The position numbers and the translations under genes are program-made. A stretch of 64,000 bases of DNA from Selaginella moellendorffii (Eukaryota; Plantae; Lycopodiophyta): the NCBI RefSeq assembly GCF_000143415.4, contig NW_003314287.1:62001-126000 (forward strand), written 5' to 3'. How positions within the stretch are numbered: position 1 is the stretch's first letter; every line of letters begins with the position of its first letter. The notes under the pieces are model-generated. The model was not told the DNA's origin, did no database searches, and was given only the letters and a program-made list of their open reading frames with translations. Positions 1 through 12,700 of the stretch are shown here, piece by piece.

Positions 1-1
1 A

Positions 2-136
2 ACGTCGCCACCACCATCGCCCCCGCCGCTACCAGCGATGCCACCGCCATCTCCTCCTCGGCCTCCGAGCTCGCCGCCTCCGCCATACCCGTCGACCATT
101 ATCCAGCAAACTTGGCAGCAGCATCGACGGCAGTGA
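2..136 (+). CDS. 3' end of a proline-rich (SPPP, extensin-like) coding region running in from upstream
   Basis: Frame 2 reads TSPPPSPPPLPAMPPPSPPRPPSSPPPPYPSTIIQQTWQQHRRQ* (TGA 134-136). The gene is cut by the window edge, and a Gly-rich reading on the minus strand cannot be excluded. Confidence 0.4.
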   Translation, partial: TSPPPSPPPLPAMPPPSPPRPPSSPPPPYPSTIIQQTWQQHRRQ

Positions 137-1663
137 TTACCTTCTCATCGTATCTTGTAAAAAAAAATGGAAACCGGTGGTAAGTATGATCTCGTGCTAA
201 GTTCTCGGCGGTCTAACGGAGTGCTACAGGGGCTGGTTCTTCCTTTCTATATACTCGAATCGCTCTCTCGTTTTTAATCCTGGGAAGAGATATCAGATGC
301 GAACGAAGTGATATCTATCCGATCATTTTGCAACGCCGCGATGAGATGATGCTTTGCGGTAAAATCCCAGGGACCAATCCTTTTTTGTACTTGACTACTG
401 TTAAACGAATATTCAGTCAAAGTCAAAGGGATATGCTTCTTGATTCGAAAGAGAGGTATGGCTTCTCGCACACTACTTTTTAATTTTATCGACTGACAAA
501 ACCGTTCCCTGTAGTGATCAGAAGAAAGCCGCGCGTTTGCACGTAAAAGAGAGAGTACTGTGCTTATATTTGGTACGGGGGAAACTTGGCACGCACAAAC
601 TGCGTGGAGGGCTTGTTTATATACGAACTGAACGTGAACAAGTCTCAAGCGTGAACGTAACAGGTCTGTGTCTGGCTGTTTCAAGTTATCTACTGATTGT
701 TTTGTTGCGTTCCTTAGCTACATTGATGGATCAGATCATACGAACAAACTTGGCGAGCGAAACGCTTGAGCTGAGCACGAACTAGTGCCGTGGTCCTTTT
801 GGCCCCGTGAGGAGTGAAGTGAGCTTCACTGCTAAGCGGAGCCAAAAGCTCTGCGGCACTAAGCTTGTCTGCAAAGCAAAGCGCTCGCAAACACTAGTCG
901 GCCATTCAACACGGCAGGATCGGCGATTATGCTGCTACTAGAAGAAGAGAAAAAAAGAGTGGAGCACGAAAGTACACACATTCTGGTGGTCACATGGAGA
1001 AGACGTCAGCTGCGTGCGAGTTAGGAAGAGTCATGTGGAGGGTGTCTTTAAGGTACTGCCATCAGATTCGCTTCATTAGTTAGACAATCGTTGGCAGTTT
1101 GCGCGGTTTGTTTTGTTTTAGCTCTATTTTATCCTTGCGATCTTGCCGTTTCTTTCATTGTCTGAGCGTGATCTCTTTTGATCCTCAGGCACAACTCGCT
1201 GGATTTGTATGATACTCCACCGTGGTACCACCGGTTGCGTGAACTTTACCACCGTTTGCCATTAAAGCTGTGGTGTCGCAGGGAATGGTGATTCGGTGAT
1301 GTTTTCCTTGTTGGGCTTTTGGTTTGCTTGCTGTGGCTTTTGTTATTCTTTTCCAGGCTTTTTTTTTTCGTAGTGAATTGATTCGTTCTGTTTTCATGGT
1401 ATTGTTTGGTAGCTGCTTATACTGGGTCTTTGGTGTCGACTAACTACCTCTCTCCACCCATTTGATCTGATGTCAGGTCTCAATCAATTCACTGTGGATC
1501 TGTTCTTTGTATTTAAGGACAATGGCTATACGAACACTCTTACAGCTCAAAGGTGAAGCTAAGCTAGCTCTTCTCTCTCTTCTCTCTCGCGGTTCTTTCG
1601 ACACAATGTGAGTGAGAGAGGATTGTTGTAAAGCTTGTTTTCTCTTCCCTGTCGGCTAACGAC

Positions 1664-2569
1664 ATGATGAATTCATGGTATTCCAGGTCGCCAGTTCTCG
1701 CTGCTCTTGGATTTCTTCTCCACTGTACGCTGTTCCAGTTCGCTCAGGGACAAGGGTGGACAAGCGCTCATGCAACTTTCTATGGGGGAAGCGATGCAGC
1801 AGGGACAATGGGTACGTAATGCGTGAAGTTTTCTACAGTGAAGAGTTATAATATATGTGTGATGTTCTTCTTTTGTTTGTAGGTGGAGCTTGTGGTTATG
1901 GTAATTTGTACAGCCAAGGATACGGCAACAACAATGCCGCACTGAGCACTGCTTTGTTCAACTCTGGATTGAGCTGTGGTGCGTGCTTTGAGATCCGGTG
2001 TGACAGTGCTGCCGATCCAAGATGGTGCATTGCCGGGACTTCCGTTGTTGTCACTGCAACCAACTTCTGCCCTCCAAACTACGCTCTCGCAAACAACAAC
2101 GGAGGATGGTGCAACCCTCCACTGGAACACTTCGACATGGCGCAGCCTGCGTGGGAGCAAATTGGCATCTACAGGGGAGGCATTGTTCCCGTCCAATACA
2201 GAAGGTAAAGTCGAAAGCCTTTAAAAGCCGCTCATAACTTTTTCTCGTTTGGTGGATAACAGAGTCAGCTGCGTCAAGAAGGGAGGAATCCACTTCACAA
2301 TGAACGGCCACACGTATTTCAATCTGGTGCTCATCAGCAACGTTGGCGGAGCAGGCGACGTGCACGCCGTGTCCATCAAAGGCTCCGGCACCGGTTGGCA
2401 AGACATGAGCCGGAACTGGGGACAAAACTGGCAGAGCAATGGTCAGTTCCAGGGGCAGAGCCTCTCGTTCAGAGTCACCACGAGCGATGGCAAAAGCGTG
2501 GTCTCCATGGACGTGGCTCCCGCCGACTGGCAGTATGGACAAACCTTCGAAGGGTCCCAGTTTGATTGA
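1664..2569 (+). CDS. EXPA: alpha-expansin; exons 1664-1811, 1883-2204, 2263-2569
   Basis: Signal peptide, then [19 protein letters not shown]|[27 protein letters not shown] motif and [14 protein letters not shown] introns of 71 and 58 bp at the conserved EXPA positions. Confidence 0.97.
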
Positions 2570-3749
2570 AAAGTACGTTGTTTTTCTCTGGAGCTTTTCT
2601 GGTTCTCGTCCTGTGCTTATGGCTGGCTGTGTTGCAGGGATCGAAGGAAAGAGATGGAAGAGATGGAAGACATGCTGGAAGATGGAAGAGGAGGTAAAAG
2701 TTTCATTACATCCATGGAGGAAACTAAGAGCGTAGAGGGTCTAGAAAGGATGGGTTTTTAGCGCAGATTTGAGGATGGGGATGAGATGAAGAAACGACGG
2801 CCAACCTCCCCGCCGCTGGAAGAGATTTTAGAGATTCTAGAGAAGCTCGAGGAACAGTTTGCAAAGTCCAAATCGAGCAGACGAGCTCCATCACGCTGTC
2901 GGGAGTTTGCAAAGAGTCACGGGGAAAAATAGAAGATAAAAGGAAACGAGGCGAGCGTTATGAAGCTCTTGTGCACTGCATCGAAACCAAAAGAGAAAAG
3001 CTTTCTTTAAAAGTTTGCGAGCTTCAGTCCAAATGTATCTAACTGACAGCTTTAAAATCGAGGAGCGGGTTGTGCTTCTCACATGTTGTTCTTGTTTGTT
3101 GCCCCACGATGGGCTTTGAAATAATGGGTGGCGAGTTTTTCTGGTCATGGGTCGTGTGAAACATAAAGGGACACTACACATGGCTTTGGGATCTGTTGAA
3201 ACGATGAAAGGCCGTGAGGAATATGGAAGATTTCAAGTGTTTTTTCTATTCTTGGACGTAAGATCGGAAAGAGACCTTCGCATTTAGCTGGTTTGAAGTT
3301 CAAAAGATCACTGCATTTACATTGACAACTTGTTTTCAAGTGCAAATTTGATTATTGCAAGTTTTGAAGAGCTTGTGCGTTGAGGAGGGCAATTTTCAAG
3401 CAAACCACCTCTAAGATTCCTCCGCAAGCTGGGCTTATTTTTTATCATATGTACAAAACGGCCATCTTCTTCAATCGTCGGATCGTTGCTCCTAAACTTT
3501 TAAAAACTCATTAGCAGCAGCAGGCTCCACATTTGCAAAGCTCTTGCATGCTGTGAAATCCAACCAATCAATGGCAAACTCAATCGCCCATCAATCCTGT
3601 TGTCAAGAGAAACTCCCCCTAGAATCGCTCCTCGCCATCAACTCTACCACCTTTCCTATCCCACCTGATCTTAGAAACTACGAAAGAATCAAAAGAACCC
3701 CTCCATGAGCCGCGCAATGTCATGAGAACCACGAGAGTTAACCCGCAAA

Positions 3750-4888
3750 CTAGAACTGCTCGCCCTCGAACGTCTGCCCATACGCCCAGTTTGCCCCGGC
3801 GACGTTGTAGGCGATGGTGGTTTTGCCATCGCTGGTTGTGACCTTGAAGGAGAGGGCCTGGCCGCCCAGGAGAGCGTTGCTCTGCCAGTTTTGGCCCCAG
3901 TTGCGGCTCATGGGGATCCAGTCGGTGCCCGAGCCTTTGATGGAGACGGCGTGCACGTCCCCGGCACCGCCAACGTTGGTGATTAGCACCAGGTTGAAGT
4001 AGGCGTGGCCGTTCATGGTGAATCGGATGCCACCACTCCTAGAGCAAGAGACTCTGCAAGAAAACCAGGAAACTTTTCTTAGTTTGGAAAATGAAGAGAT
4101 CCAAGAGAGAGAAAGATGGATGAAGTCAAGTCAGTTTGAAAGAATCTAAACTCTAAAGAGACTGGCAAGAGAAACAGTAAGGTAGAAAAGCTTTCTGGAC
4201 ACCAAACGTGAGCAGCTCCCGAGTTCAGACAGAAAGTGAAGGTGGGTCTCAGAAAAGCTCCAGGAAACGCTCTGAAAGAACAGTGGACAAGATGTTGGAC
4301 AGTGAGGGGGATGGGGTGTCAAAGTTCAGACGACATACTCAGAATGGGAACAGAGGTGACTGGATTTCTACCTTCTGTAGGAGATGGGGACAATCCCAGC
4401 AGAGTATTGTGCAATCTTGAGAAATGCAGGCTGGGCCATGTCAAAGTGCTGGAGGGGGGAGTTGCACCAGCCCCCATCGTTGCTGGGTTGGGAACTTGGA
4501 GGGCAGAAGTTTGTGGCTGTGACAACCACAGAGCCTGGGAGGCACCACTTGGGATCACTGCCACTTGCACACTTGACTTCAAAGCAGGCTCCGCAGCTCA
4601 GCCCATCTTGAAACAGAGCAGTGCTCAATGCTGCTGTGTTGGTGCCATATCCAGCACTCACCAAGTTTCCATAGCCACAGGCACCACCTGGAACAAATAG
4701 AAACCCAATATGTTAAAATGTTGGAGCGAAAGGATTTGAAGATTTTTACCCATTGTGCCTGCTGCATTGGATCCACCATAAAAGGTCGCATGGGCATCAG
4801 TCCAACCACCTCCATAGCCACCACCATGGACTACTCTGCCTAGCAAGAGTGCCATGAAGATCTTGAAAGAGGCAAAAAGGCTGGCCAT
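3750..4888 (-). CDS. EXPA: alpha-expansin; exons 4888-4750, 4687-4372, 4053-3750
   Basis: [19 protein letters not shown]|[25 protein letters not shown] and [10 protein letters not shown]. Same intron positions as the neighbouring expansin; convergent orientation. Confidence 0.97.
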
Positions 4889-6174
4889 GGAAACTGGAAA
4901 GGTCACTCGTTTAAAACTAGCTTTAGCTACAGGGAGGCTGCTCCTCCACAAACAAACGAATGAATGAATGAAGGGACTGCTGCAAATGTGTGAGGCTTAT
5001 ATAGGACTGGGCTAAACAACTACAGATTTTGTCAAACTTGCCTAGCTAGTTTATTTGGTTTTCTTCTTGGGTGTTTGGTTTGGGGATGTGTGTCAGCACA
5101 TGATGCTACAGTATCCAAGGTCCCGCCTTCCCTCTTTTCAAGTCGCTGACACCCATGTAACACCAAGCTGTTCAACTGCAAGCCATCTTTGATGCCATTT
5201 TGCTACATTGACAATTGTCCTCTAGCACATTTGTCTTTGAAAACTTTCTTGGCCCCATGATCAACTGGGCATAATCTCAAAACTGTTTCCATGCAGCAAG
5301 AAAGTGACTCTCCATCCATCTCAACTAATAACTACTGAGGAACAAGAAGATCTTTGGATCAGCTGTGCAGAGCTCCAATCATCCCCGCTGCAATGCCATC
5401 TATTCATCCACACATCAACATCAGGAACATTTCTCCTCTGTCAAAAAAGAAATTTGTTCCTTTTCTCTTTTGGTTTTTTTGAAGTTTTATAAAAAGTGGA
5501 AAAAAAAGAAGAGAGAGAGGCCATGTTGGCCCATGTGGGGTACCTGTTCACTTGACTGCCACAATGCAACCACATGGGGATGTCAGTAATTGTCTTCCAT
5601 TTTCCCAAAAAAACCCCTCTGGGCTCCCTCCCAAGAAACTCTCCTCTTTGCAATGCAGCTGTGCAGTTTTTTGGGTGGGGGTCCAGTCAGTGAGTTCCAT
5701 GAATGAGAGAAAAAGAATCAGACAGTCTGGGTCTGGGCAATTGCAGAAGCTTCAAAACTTAGCCTATGCTCCTTCAAGTTATAATCTGAAACTTTGAAGC
5801 TTGATGGTAGATTCCATTCACAGAGGCCTTGTTTGTTTTTTCGCTCAGGGTGGAAGAAGTACATCACAGACAAAACGTCATGTCCTATTTGCACTGCACG
5901 ATTTCAAAGAAACAATAGTATAACAATGTTTAAGTTGACGAATCCGATCAAACTCGAACATGTTACTGAAAGTACTCTTGTTTTAGGAGATCAAGAACGA
6001 TCAGTGAAAGTCATAAACGTTTTAATCTCAACTAGCTCTTTGACTACATTGTCTTAAGTAGATTAAAAAAGCATAGCAAATCTAACAAGAGCATATGAGA
6101 TTCAAGTAAGCTCCAGAAAGTATAATCGCAGGTGTGTAGTTTTTCTTACATCGTGGTTGTCAAGGGATACAAGA

Positions 6175-6708
6175 TCATATGAGATTTATGTAGTCTTTTT
6201 CTACGTCGTGGTTGTTTTCATCAAGCAAGGGAATTATATCTCCTTGGAACTTTCCTTCCTTCCACTGCTTGAGAGACGGCCTCAAATCCTCCAGCCCCGC
6301 GATCCCTTCCAGCAGCGGCAGCAGCTTGATCAAATGCCTCTCGCGCTCTTCCTCCTCCATGCTCCACTCCGAAAAAGGCACGATCGCCAAGCCATTCTCC
6401 TCATTGCCCGCAAACGCCAGCGGATTGTCATCTATGGCCACCACTCTCCTCAAATCCTGCCCCAGAATCTCCAGGGGCTTGGTGCCCCGGACGCAGGAAT
6501 TGCAATAGAGCCGGCGTGCGACGCTCACTTTGAGAATGTGGTCGATGATCCGATCCGCGCGCTCCTGGTTGCTGGACGTGAAGATGACGATCTCGTAGAG
6601 CTTGCTTACTCTGGCCAGGAATTCATCCAGCCCCGGCCGCTTCGTCGCCCTTCCATACACTAGCGTGTTGTCAATGTCTAGCACAAGCGTAGGCTTGGTG
6701 CACGCCAT
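6175..6708 (-). CDS. Minimal intronless FCP1/SCP (NIF/CPDc) HAD-family phosphatase
   Basis: LVLDIDNTL (DxDxT), KRPGLDEFL, YEIVIFTS, DLRRVVAIDDNP and NGLAIVPF; ATG at 6708. Confidence 0.85.
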   Translation of the reverse strand: MACTKPTLVLDIDNTLVYGRATKRPGLDEFLARVSKLYEIVIFTSSNQERADRIIDHILKVSVARRLYCNSCVRGTKPLEILGQDLRRVVAIDDNPLAFAGNEENGLAIVPFSEWSMEEEERERHLIKLLPLLEGIAGLEDLRPSLKQWKEGKFQGDIIPLLDENNHDVEKDYINLI

Positions 6709-6775
6709 AGCCCTAAACCCTAACCACGAACCAGGAATATCCTCCAATTCCCGCCACTTTCAAACTCTTGTGTGG

Positions 6776-6801
6776 GAGAGAGAGAGAGAGAGAGAGAGAG
6801 A
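6776..6801. repeat. (GA)n microsatellite
   Basis: Direct reading of the sequence. Confidence 0.9.
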
Positions 6802-6889
6802 ACACTTCCGAAAGCCTTGCCTCAAAAGTAATTATCTTCCCCAAATCGCTGTGAAGGATCCAAGCAATTCGTGCTGGTCCAATCTTGTA

Positions 6890-7260
6890 CATTTCATCCT
6901 TTGTGAAAGGCCTGCCAGAGATTTGGATCTCTATGTGTAGACTACAAAATAGCACCTGGTCGATCTCTGGGACAAGCAGCCAAAGTAGAAGCTTTGATGG
7001 CTGGAATGGCATTTCCTCACACTTTGGTGATGCTAAAGTCCATGATGGAAGGTGAACTCAGAATTACAAAGTGGAAGATTTACCAAGAGATTACGAGCAT
7101 CTCTTACGAGCCACTGGATCTGAGGGGTATGGTTTCTGCTGAGATCCAATCAAGCTGGCAGTCTTGGCAAAGCTGATCCAGCGCCTGAGCTATGGATCGC
7201 CCAAAAGAAGATGAGATCTGAGAAGGAGAACGATATCACTGAAGAAGTCCAGCATTAGGT
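6890..7260 (+). pseudogene. Decayed duplicate of the PPR E-domain region and of the sequence upstream of the PPR gene
   Basis: 6890-7041 resembles 22140-22320 (gaagctttgatgg...ctttggtgatgctaaagtc). 7095-7255 resembles 20032-20220 (gatcgcccaaaagaagatgagat). Confidence 0.75.
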
Positions 7261-9419
7261 GCCCATCCTAGAGCAGAATAGCATGTTATAGCTATTCGAC
7301 TTCATGGCAGCGGGTGCTAGATTTTCTCACACTGATAAGTATGAAGCAATGGGAAAAATCCTAAAACTAGAGTTTCTCGCTACAATCCATGGCCAACGTA
7401 TTCACCAAGAGTGCATCCATAGACAGAGCAAAGCTGAGCAGCAGCAAAGTTGTGCTCTCCCTTTATAGCCACCCATGCCAGGATCAATAGCCTCTTTGTC
7501 ATGCATCGCAAGAACAAGCAGTGCACACAAAGTGTAGTTTTGGGTCTCATCCAAAACAAACTAATGCCCAACACCAAGGTCATGAGGAGTCTCTCCATCA
7601 CCTTCCTGGCCGTGCACAAATGGGTATTGGATAATCGTTTTGTGCTCTCAGTTCTGACTCCCACTCGTAGGAGTATCTCACAGCCAAAATCCAGAACCCA
7701 CAACAGCAACAGACGGGGCTAGTCACAGGTAAAGCTCATGGTGCCAATTGATCCATTGTCTAGCTCCCCCACAAAGAAAGGATGGGATGATGAGATTCAT
7801 GAGGCAATGGAAAGTGATTAGATGGAGCACTTTCTTTAGAGTCTAGTATTTTGGAAGTCACTTCTAATGCACAGCTTGGATATGTACTTGAGTACATTGG
7901 CAGTGCAAGTCTTGTTTTCTTTTAGAAATCTATCTTTATACTTTTGGACAAAAAAAGTGAGAGAGCATGTCTTCTAGATACAGAGACCCCCCGGACACCC
8001 AAACTGTAAAAGGTGATATAGAAAAAATTGGATTTATTGTGCATTCATGATTAGTATAGGTTACAAGACAGATGATCCCAGACAAATGTATCCGGAAATG
8101 GCCAAATTAATCTACTTAACCAAAAATGGCCAACTTGGAGCTTGCATTTGTGGTTAGGGCTATTCTCCACTAAGCTTATTCAAGCACTTATGGCTGCCAT
8201 CACCCCATGTTGCCCTTGTGCCAAAATGCCACATAACACAAGCAAGACAAGTGATGGAAACCTATCCTGCCAAAGGAAATGGTTTAGGGTTCTACCACAT
8301 TCCATAGCATATTCTGCCAGCCTGCCAAGATAGCATATTCTGTTGAAAGTTATTTAGCAAGGCAACTCAGAAATGGAGAAAGATTTCTGCCTCAACACTA
8401 ATGCATCCTAAGTTGTCCAAGGAGAAATCCAACTTGCAAATATATATACTTGATTTTGCCATTCATTAAGGTGCCCTGGTTCTTTCCACTTAACTAGAAA
8501 TCCCTGAGAGAAGGGAATGAGATCCATGAGTTTACAATTGCTACCATGAGCTCTGCACATCTGCAGAACAATGCTAGCACGTAAAATTCTTTGGATCACT
8601 CTTCTCAATCAATAATGTAGCAAGGAAACTACAGTGATACATGATTGGAACATCATCAAAGAACCCTAATATAGGGGATTACAATAGTGGTAGTTGTGAA
8701 TGAGGTAGATGGTGCTAGCATCATCATCTCAACAGGAACCTTGCTCTCCACAAGAAACACTACATAATAAAGAAAGAATAAATCCCAAGAAAATTTATTA
8801 AAATACTTTAAAATTATATTTATAAGTTATACCACAAGATTAACCTAAATGTATATTAGCTGTCACAATCCCATATATATGAATATTCTAGGTATATCCA
8901 CTATCCCTTAAAATATATAGATATAAAATCAACCAAGCATTACTGCATGCAGTAAATTTTTCATATATGCATATTTGTTTTTGGCAATTATACTACTTAA
9001 TTTATAATTTTTAATATTATCTGAGTATCTCTACTAAAATGAATAATGTTTTGAAACTTTAATAGTATCTCTATTAAAATATGTTAAGTTTTAAATTTTT
9101 TGCTCTAATTGCAAAAAAGGCTTTACAAGTATTTTTAGTAGAAGCATTATTGGCTTGAAGTGCTTACATTATTCCTTACAATAAAGGACACCAAAACTAT
9201 TGTCTATAAATATAATTATTTTCTAAAAAAAACAAAAATAATTTATTGCATATTGGATTGTAAAAAAATATTATGTTTCTCTTGTTTATCTGAATATTAT
9301 TTACTATAAAATATAGTTTTTGTATATTATTTATAGTTTTGTGAGTTTATGGAATATATAAATATGCAGATTTAATTACCCCAAAAACCATTGTTGATGT
9401 AGGAGAGAATGAGTGTGCC

Positions 9420-9786
9420 TAGTTAATGTCATCTTATAATGTATATCAACTGTATATTGTAATTAACTGAGGTGGACTACTCTATAACAGAAAAAGAGTG
9501 TTTAGTAGTAGTTTGAGATTTTGATAAATTTTATTATATACTTGCATACTTCTTGGACATGGTGATCATACTATATTCACTTCATTATTGAAGTGGAACA
9601 ATTAAGTTGGTCAGTGGGCTCATTTTAGATTATATATAACTTTGAGGTTGTTCATTATTTAAAGAGTTTTATGGCTAATGATGACAATCTTTCTCAAGCT
9701 CCTCTCCCTTCTTTACTCTTTTTTTTATATTTTTGATGAGTCTATTGTTCCAGCATCAATAGGTTTTCTAAACAAAGATTTATTGT
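9420..9786 (+). mobile_element. Highly decayed Ty3/Gypsy pol fragment (RNase H region); left flank of a nested insertion
   Basis: About 9600-9786 matches the reverse complement of 16420-16600, and the homology resumes at 14541 after the nested element. The left boundary is approximate. Confidence 0.7.
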
Positions 9787-12700
9787 TATTGAAAAGGAAG
9801 CCCCTCAACATAGGGCACACTAATCTATCATCACTCAAATGTTGCTCAAAATCTTTTTGAAACCTTAGCAATGTGGGAGAAAGTATATCCCCTCTCCTAG
9901 AATATCCCTCATACCCCTTAAATATTTTAATAGTGGATTATTTCAAAGAATCTCACTCAAAGCTATATATATCCTAATAGATGACCACAGGGGATTGCAC
10001 GTCGCATGTGAAAGAGATGAAGAGAATCCAAAGAAAATAAAAAGAAAGAAAAGAATTTACAAAGTTTTGGGATTAAGGGAAAACCCTATAAGAAAAATGT
10101 GATCCAAGAACTAAGAATTCAACTCAAAAGAAGAGGAAAAAGGAAAAATAAAGAAGAAAGAAAATATAAAACAAAGAAAAAGATAAAATTGCCAAGAAAG
10201 TAAAAAAGTACCTTAAATCAACTTTAAAATCCCAAAGAAAAGAGAGTGAAAGTGAAAGTGATGCCCAAAAATGGTAATTATGATAAAGTGAAAAGATTGT
10301 GGCTGTAATGATGACTAATAAATGATGGAAAGGCTAAATGGTATGATAGGATAGTGGTGGGGGTCTTTTAGTATGTCATAACTTTCAAATGTGTCTACAA
10401 CTAACATACTTATTGTAAAAAAAAAAAACATGTGTAGTTAGTGGGTGGCATTTGCTTGGATCATTGTTTTGTCATTGTAGAAAGTGCAGGTTCAAGAAAA
10501 ACATCTTCTTGTTGAAAGCATTTGGTGTTTTGTTGTGATCAGGTCTAATTAGCTAAAGAAATCTGTTGCTAGTGTCCAAAAACTTGCCAAAAGATGTATC
10601 AAGATGGTTTACACTATATCTTGAGTTTGGTATGTCAGAATTCACTTATTGTTATTGCATATACTGTGGATTGTTATGCTGGATATTGTGATGTAGTAAA
10701 ACCCCCAATATTGTCTATGCATAGTGTGGAAATGGGATGGAATGTGAGTGGGCAAGTGTAATAAATGATGGACAATAGTGTATTGAATGACTAAATTAGC
10801 GAATGATGACTATGAGTAAATGAGAATGGAGAGGATGATATGTAAAATAAAGTTATGTTAAGAAAAATTAGGACAAAAAACTAAATCTGGAAGAAAAACT
10901 TGAGTTTCCAAATAAACAAGATTGATATAGCCTATGAAGAACAACTCATGGAAGAGCATAGTTATCCAAAGGAAATACCATTTGAAACAAAACTGAAGAA
11001 AGGAAGAGAAAGAAAAAAGAGAAAAAAAATGAAAGATTTCATAATAGAAAAATTCTCTTCTGTGATTGAGCTGGTGCCAAGATGTTCTAGGTTGACAAGA
11101 TATCACACTTTAGAGGGCAATATAACTAGCTTTTGCAACATCTTCAGCCTCCTTCAAGATTCTTTAAAATGAGTAGCATCACCATAATGAGGAAATCTAC
11201 AGCTCATGTATAAAGCATGAAAGGAAGTGTCCTCAAAGTAGTGAACTCAATTTGAAGCACTCACAAGAATTTGGTGGTCGAGTGAAATGTTAATGATTGC
11301 AAAAGATACCACAATCGGTATAGATGATGCCACAACTAATATCCTCTGGCTGGAGAGATTCATAATGATGTTCTAAGGTTGGAGAAGCTTCTAAAAAGAG
11401 CTAGGCTGGTGTTGAAGGAAGGGTGCCACCTTTAGCTAATAGATAATCCACAAGCTTTTAGCATGCATGCACCTTGTCCATCTATTGTATCAGAGTATTA
11501 TAAACCATAAAGAAAAATCATATTCCATGGTTGCAAACTTCCTTAGCAACATGAATATGAGTGACATTAGTTCAATCTCAAGTGAAGTAGCCTCATATAG
11601 TGGCCAAGGCTGCATCTCTACCTCATTTAAGTGGACCTTGTGCTCCACAAGCTTAAAAGCCATTGCTTCTCCCTAAAAACTCATATGGATATCACCTTTG
11701 TTGATAGAGTTGAGTGGAATCTCCAAGCTAAAAAAAACTGAATTTGACACCTTTTATTATATGAGGAGGTATTATAAAGCCTCCTTCTATGTCTTTACAA
11801 TAGGATCTATCTTAAAAAAATTACTTTTACAAAAAGTATATTCTCCTCCAACTCAAACATTTTTGAAATCTTAAAAATCTTGTTTGAATCTTTTACCTTC
11901 TTAAGCCCAAGTGAACATGGTGATGTAGAGTGGATGGAGGAGAAGTTGAGGAACAAGATTGTTTAGTTAGTGTGCTGAAAATTAATCATATTGCATCACA
12001 ATGGCAAAGACTTCTTTATCATGTTGATATATAATAAGCTAAGTATTGAATCACTGCAAAGAGGGGTTTAATTGTGCTATTGTAACCTAAAACACATTTT
12101 AAGAAGCTAAAGTTTACCATTTAGCATTGAGTATTATCACTTGGTTGGCTCCTCATACAATTTACAATTAACTATTCTTAAAGTTGAAGAAGCAATACAT
12201 TATATCTAGCAATGGCCTCCCTAGAATGATTAACTTCTTCTATGTGAAGGCTTCTAAAGCAACATAAACCACGATGAAGAAGTTTGCTATCATCTCATGC
12301 CTATGCACTAGAATGCAAACATGTCAACAAATCCCTACAAGAGCCACCATATGATCTACAAAGGTTTTAAGGATAGCCTTTGAATATTCCTTAATCTCCA
12401 GGCTTGATTTTTGAGAGCAAGTATCAAGGAGAGGCTGTATTGAGGAGAGGATCTAGATCAACAAATTCCTCCACATCAATGCCTACATCATTGTTGGGAT
12501 GAAGAGGAAATCACACCACCTAGAGCACACACTTAAATCTCAAGTTTTTGCCAAAATCTTGGGAATTGGTGATAAGCCCACTAATAGTCATTGTAATTAG
12601 AGTTGCGAAGACTTGATCAATGAGACTGCTTGGCCAGCCATTTGGCATCACTGAGGTCTCTCATAGGGGCATGCTAGCCAAATTTAAAAGTAAGCAAATG

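Noticed and set aside
7380-8700. Possible LINE remnant
   Set aside because: Only a vague FLW-type similarity; too degenerate to support a call.
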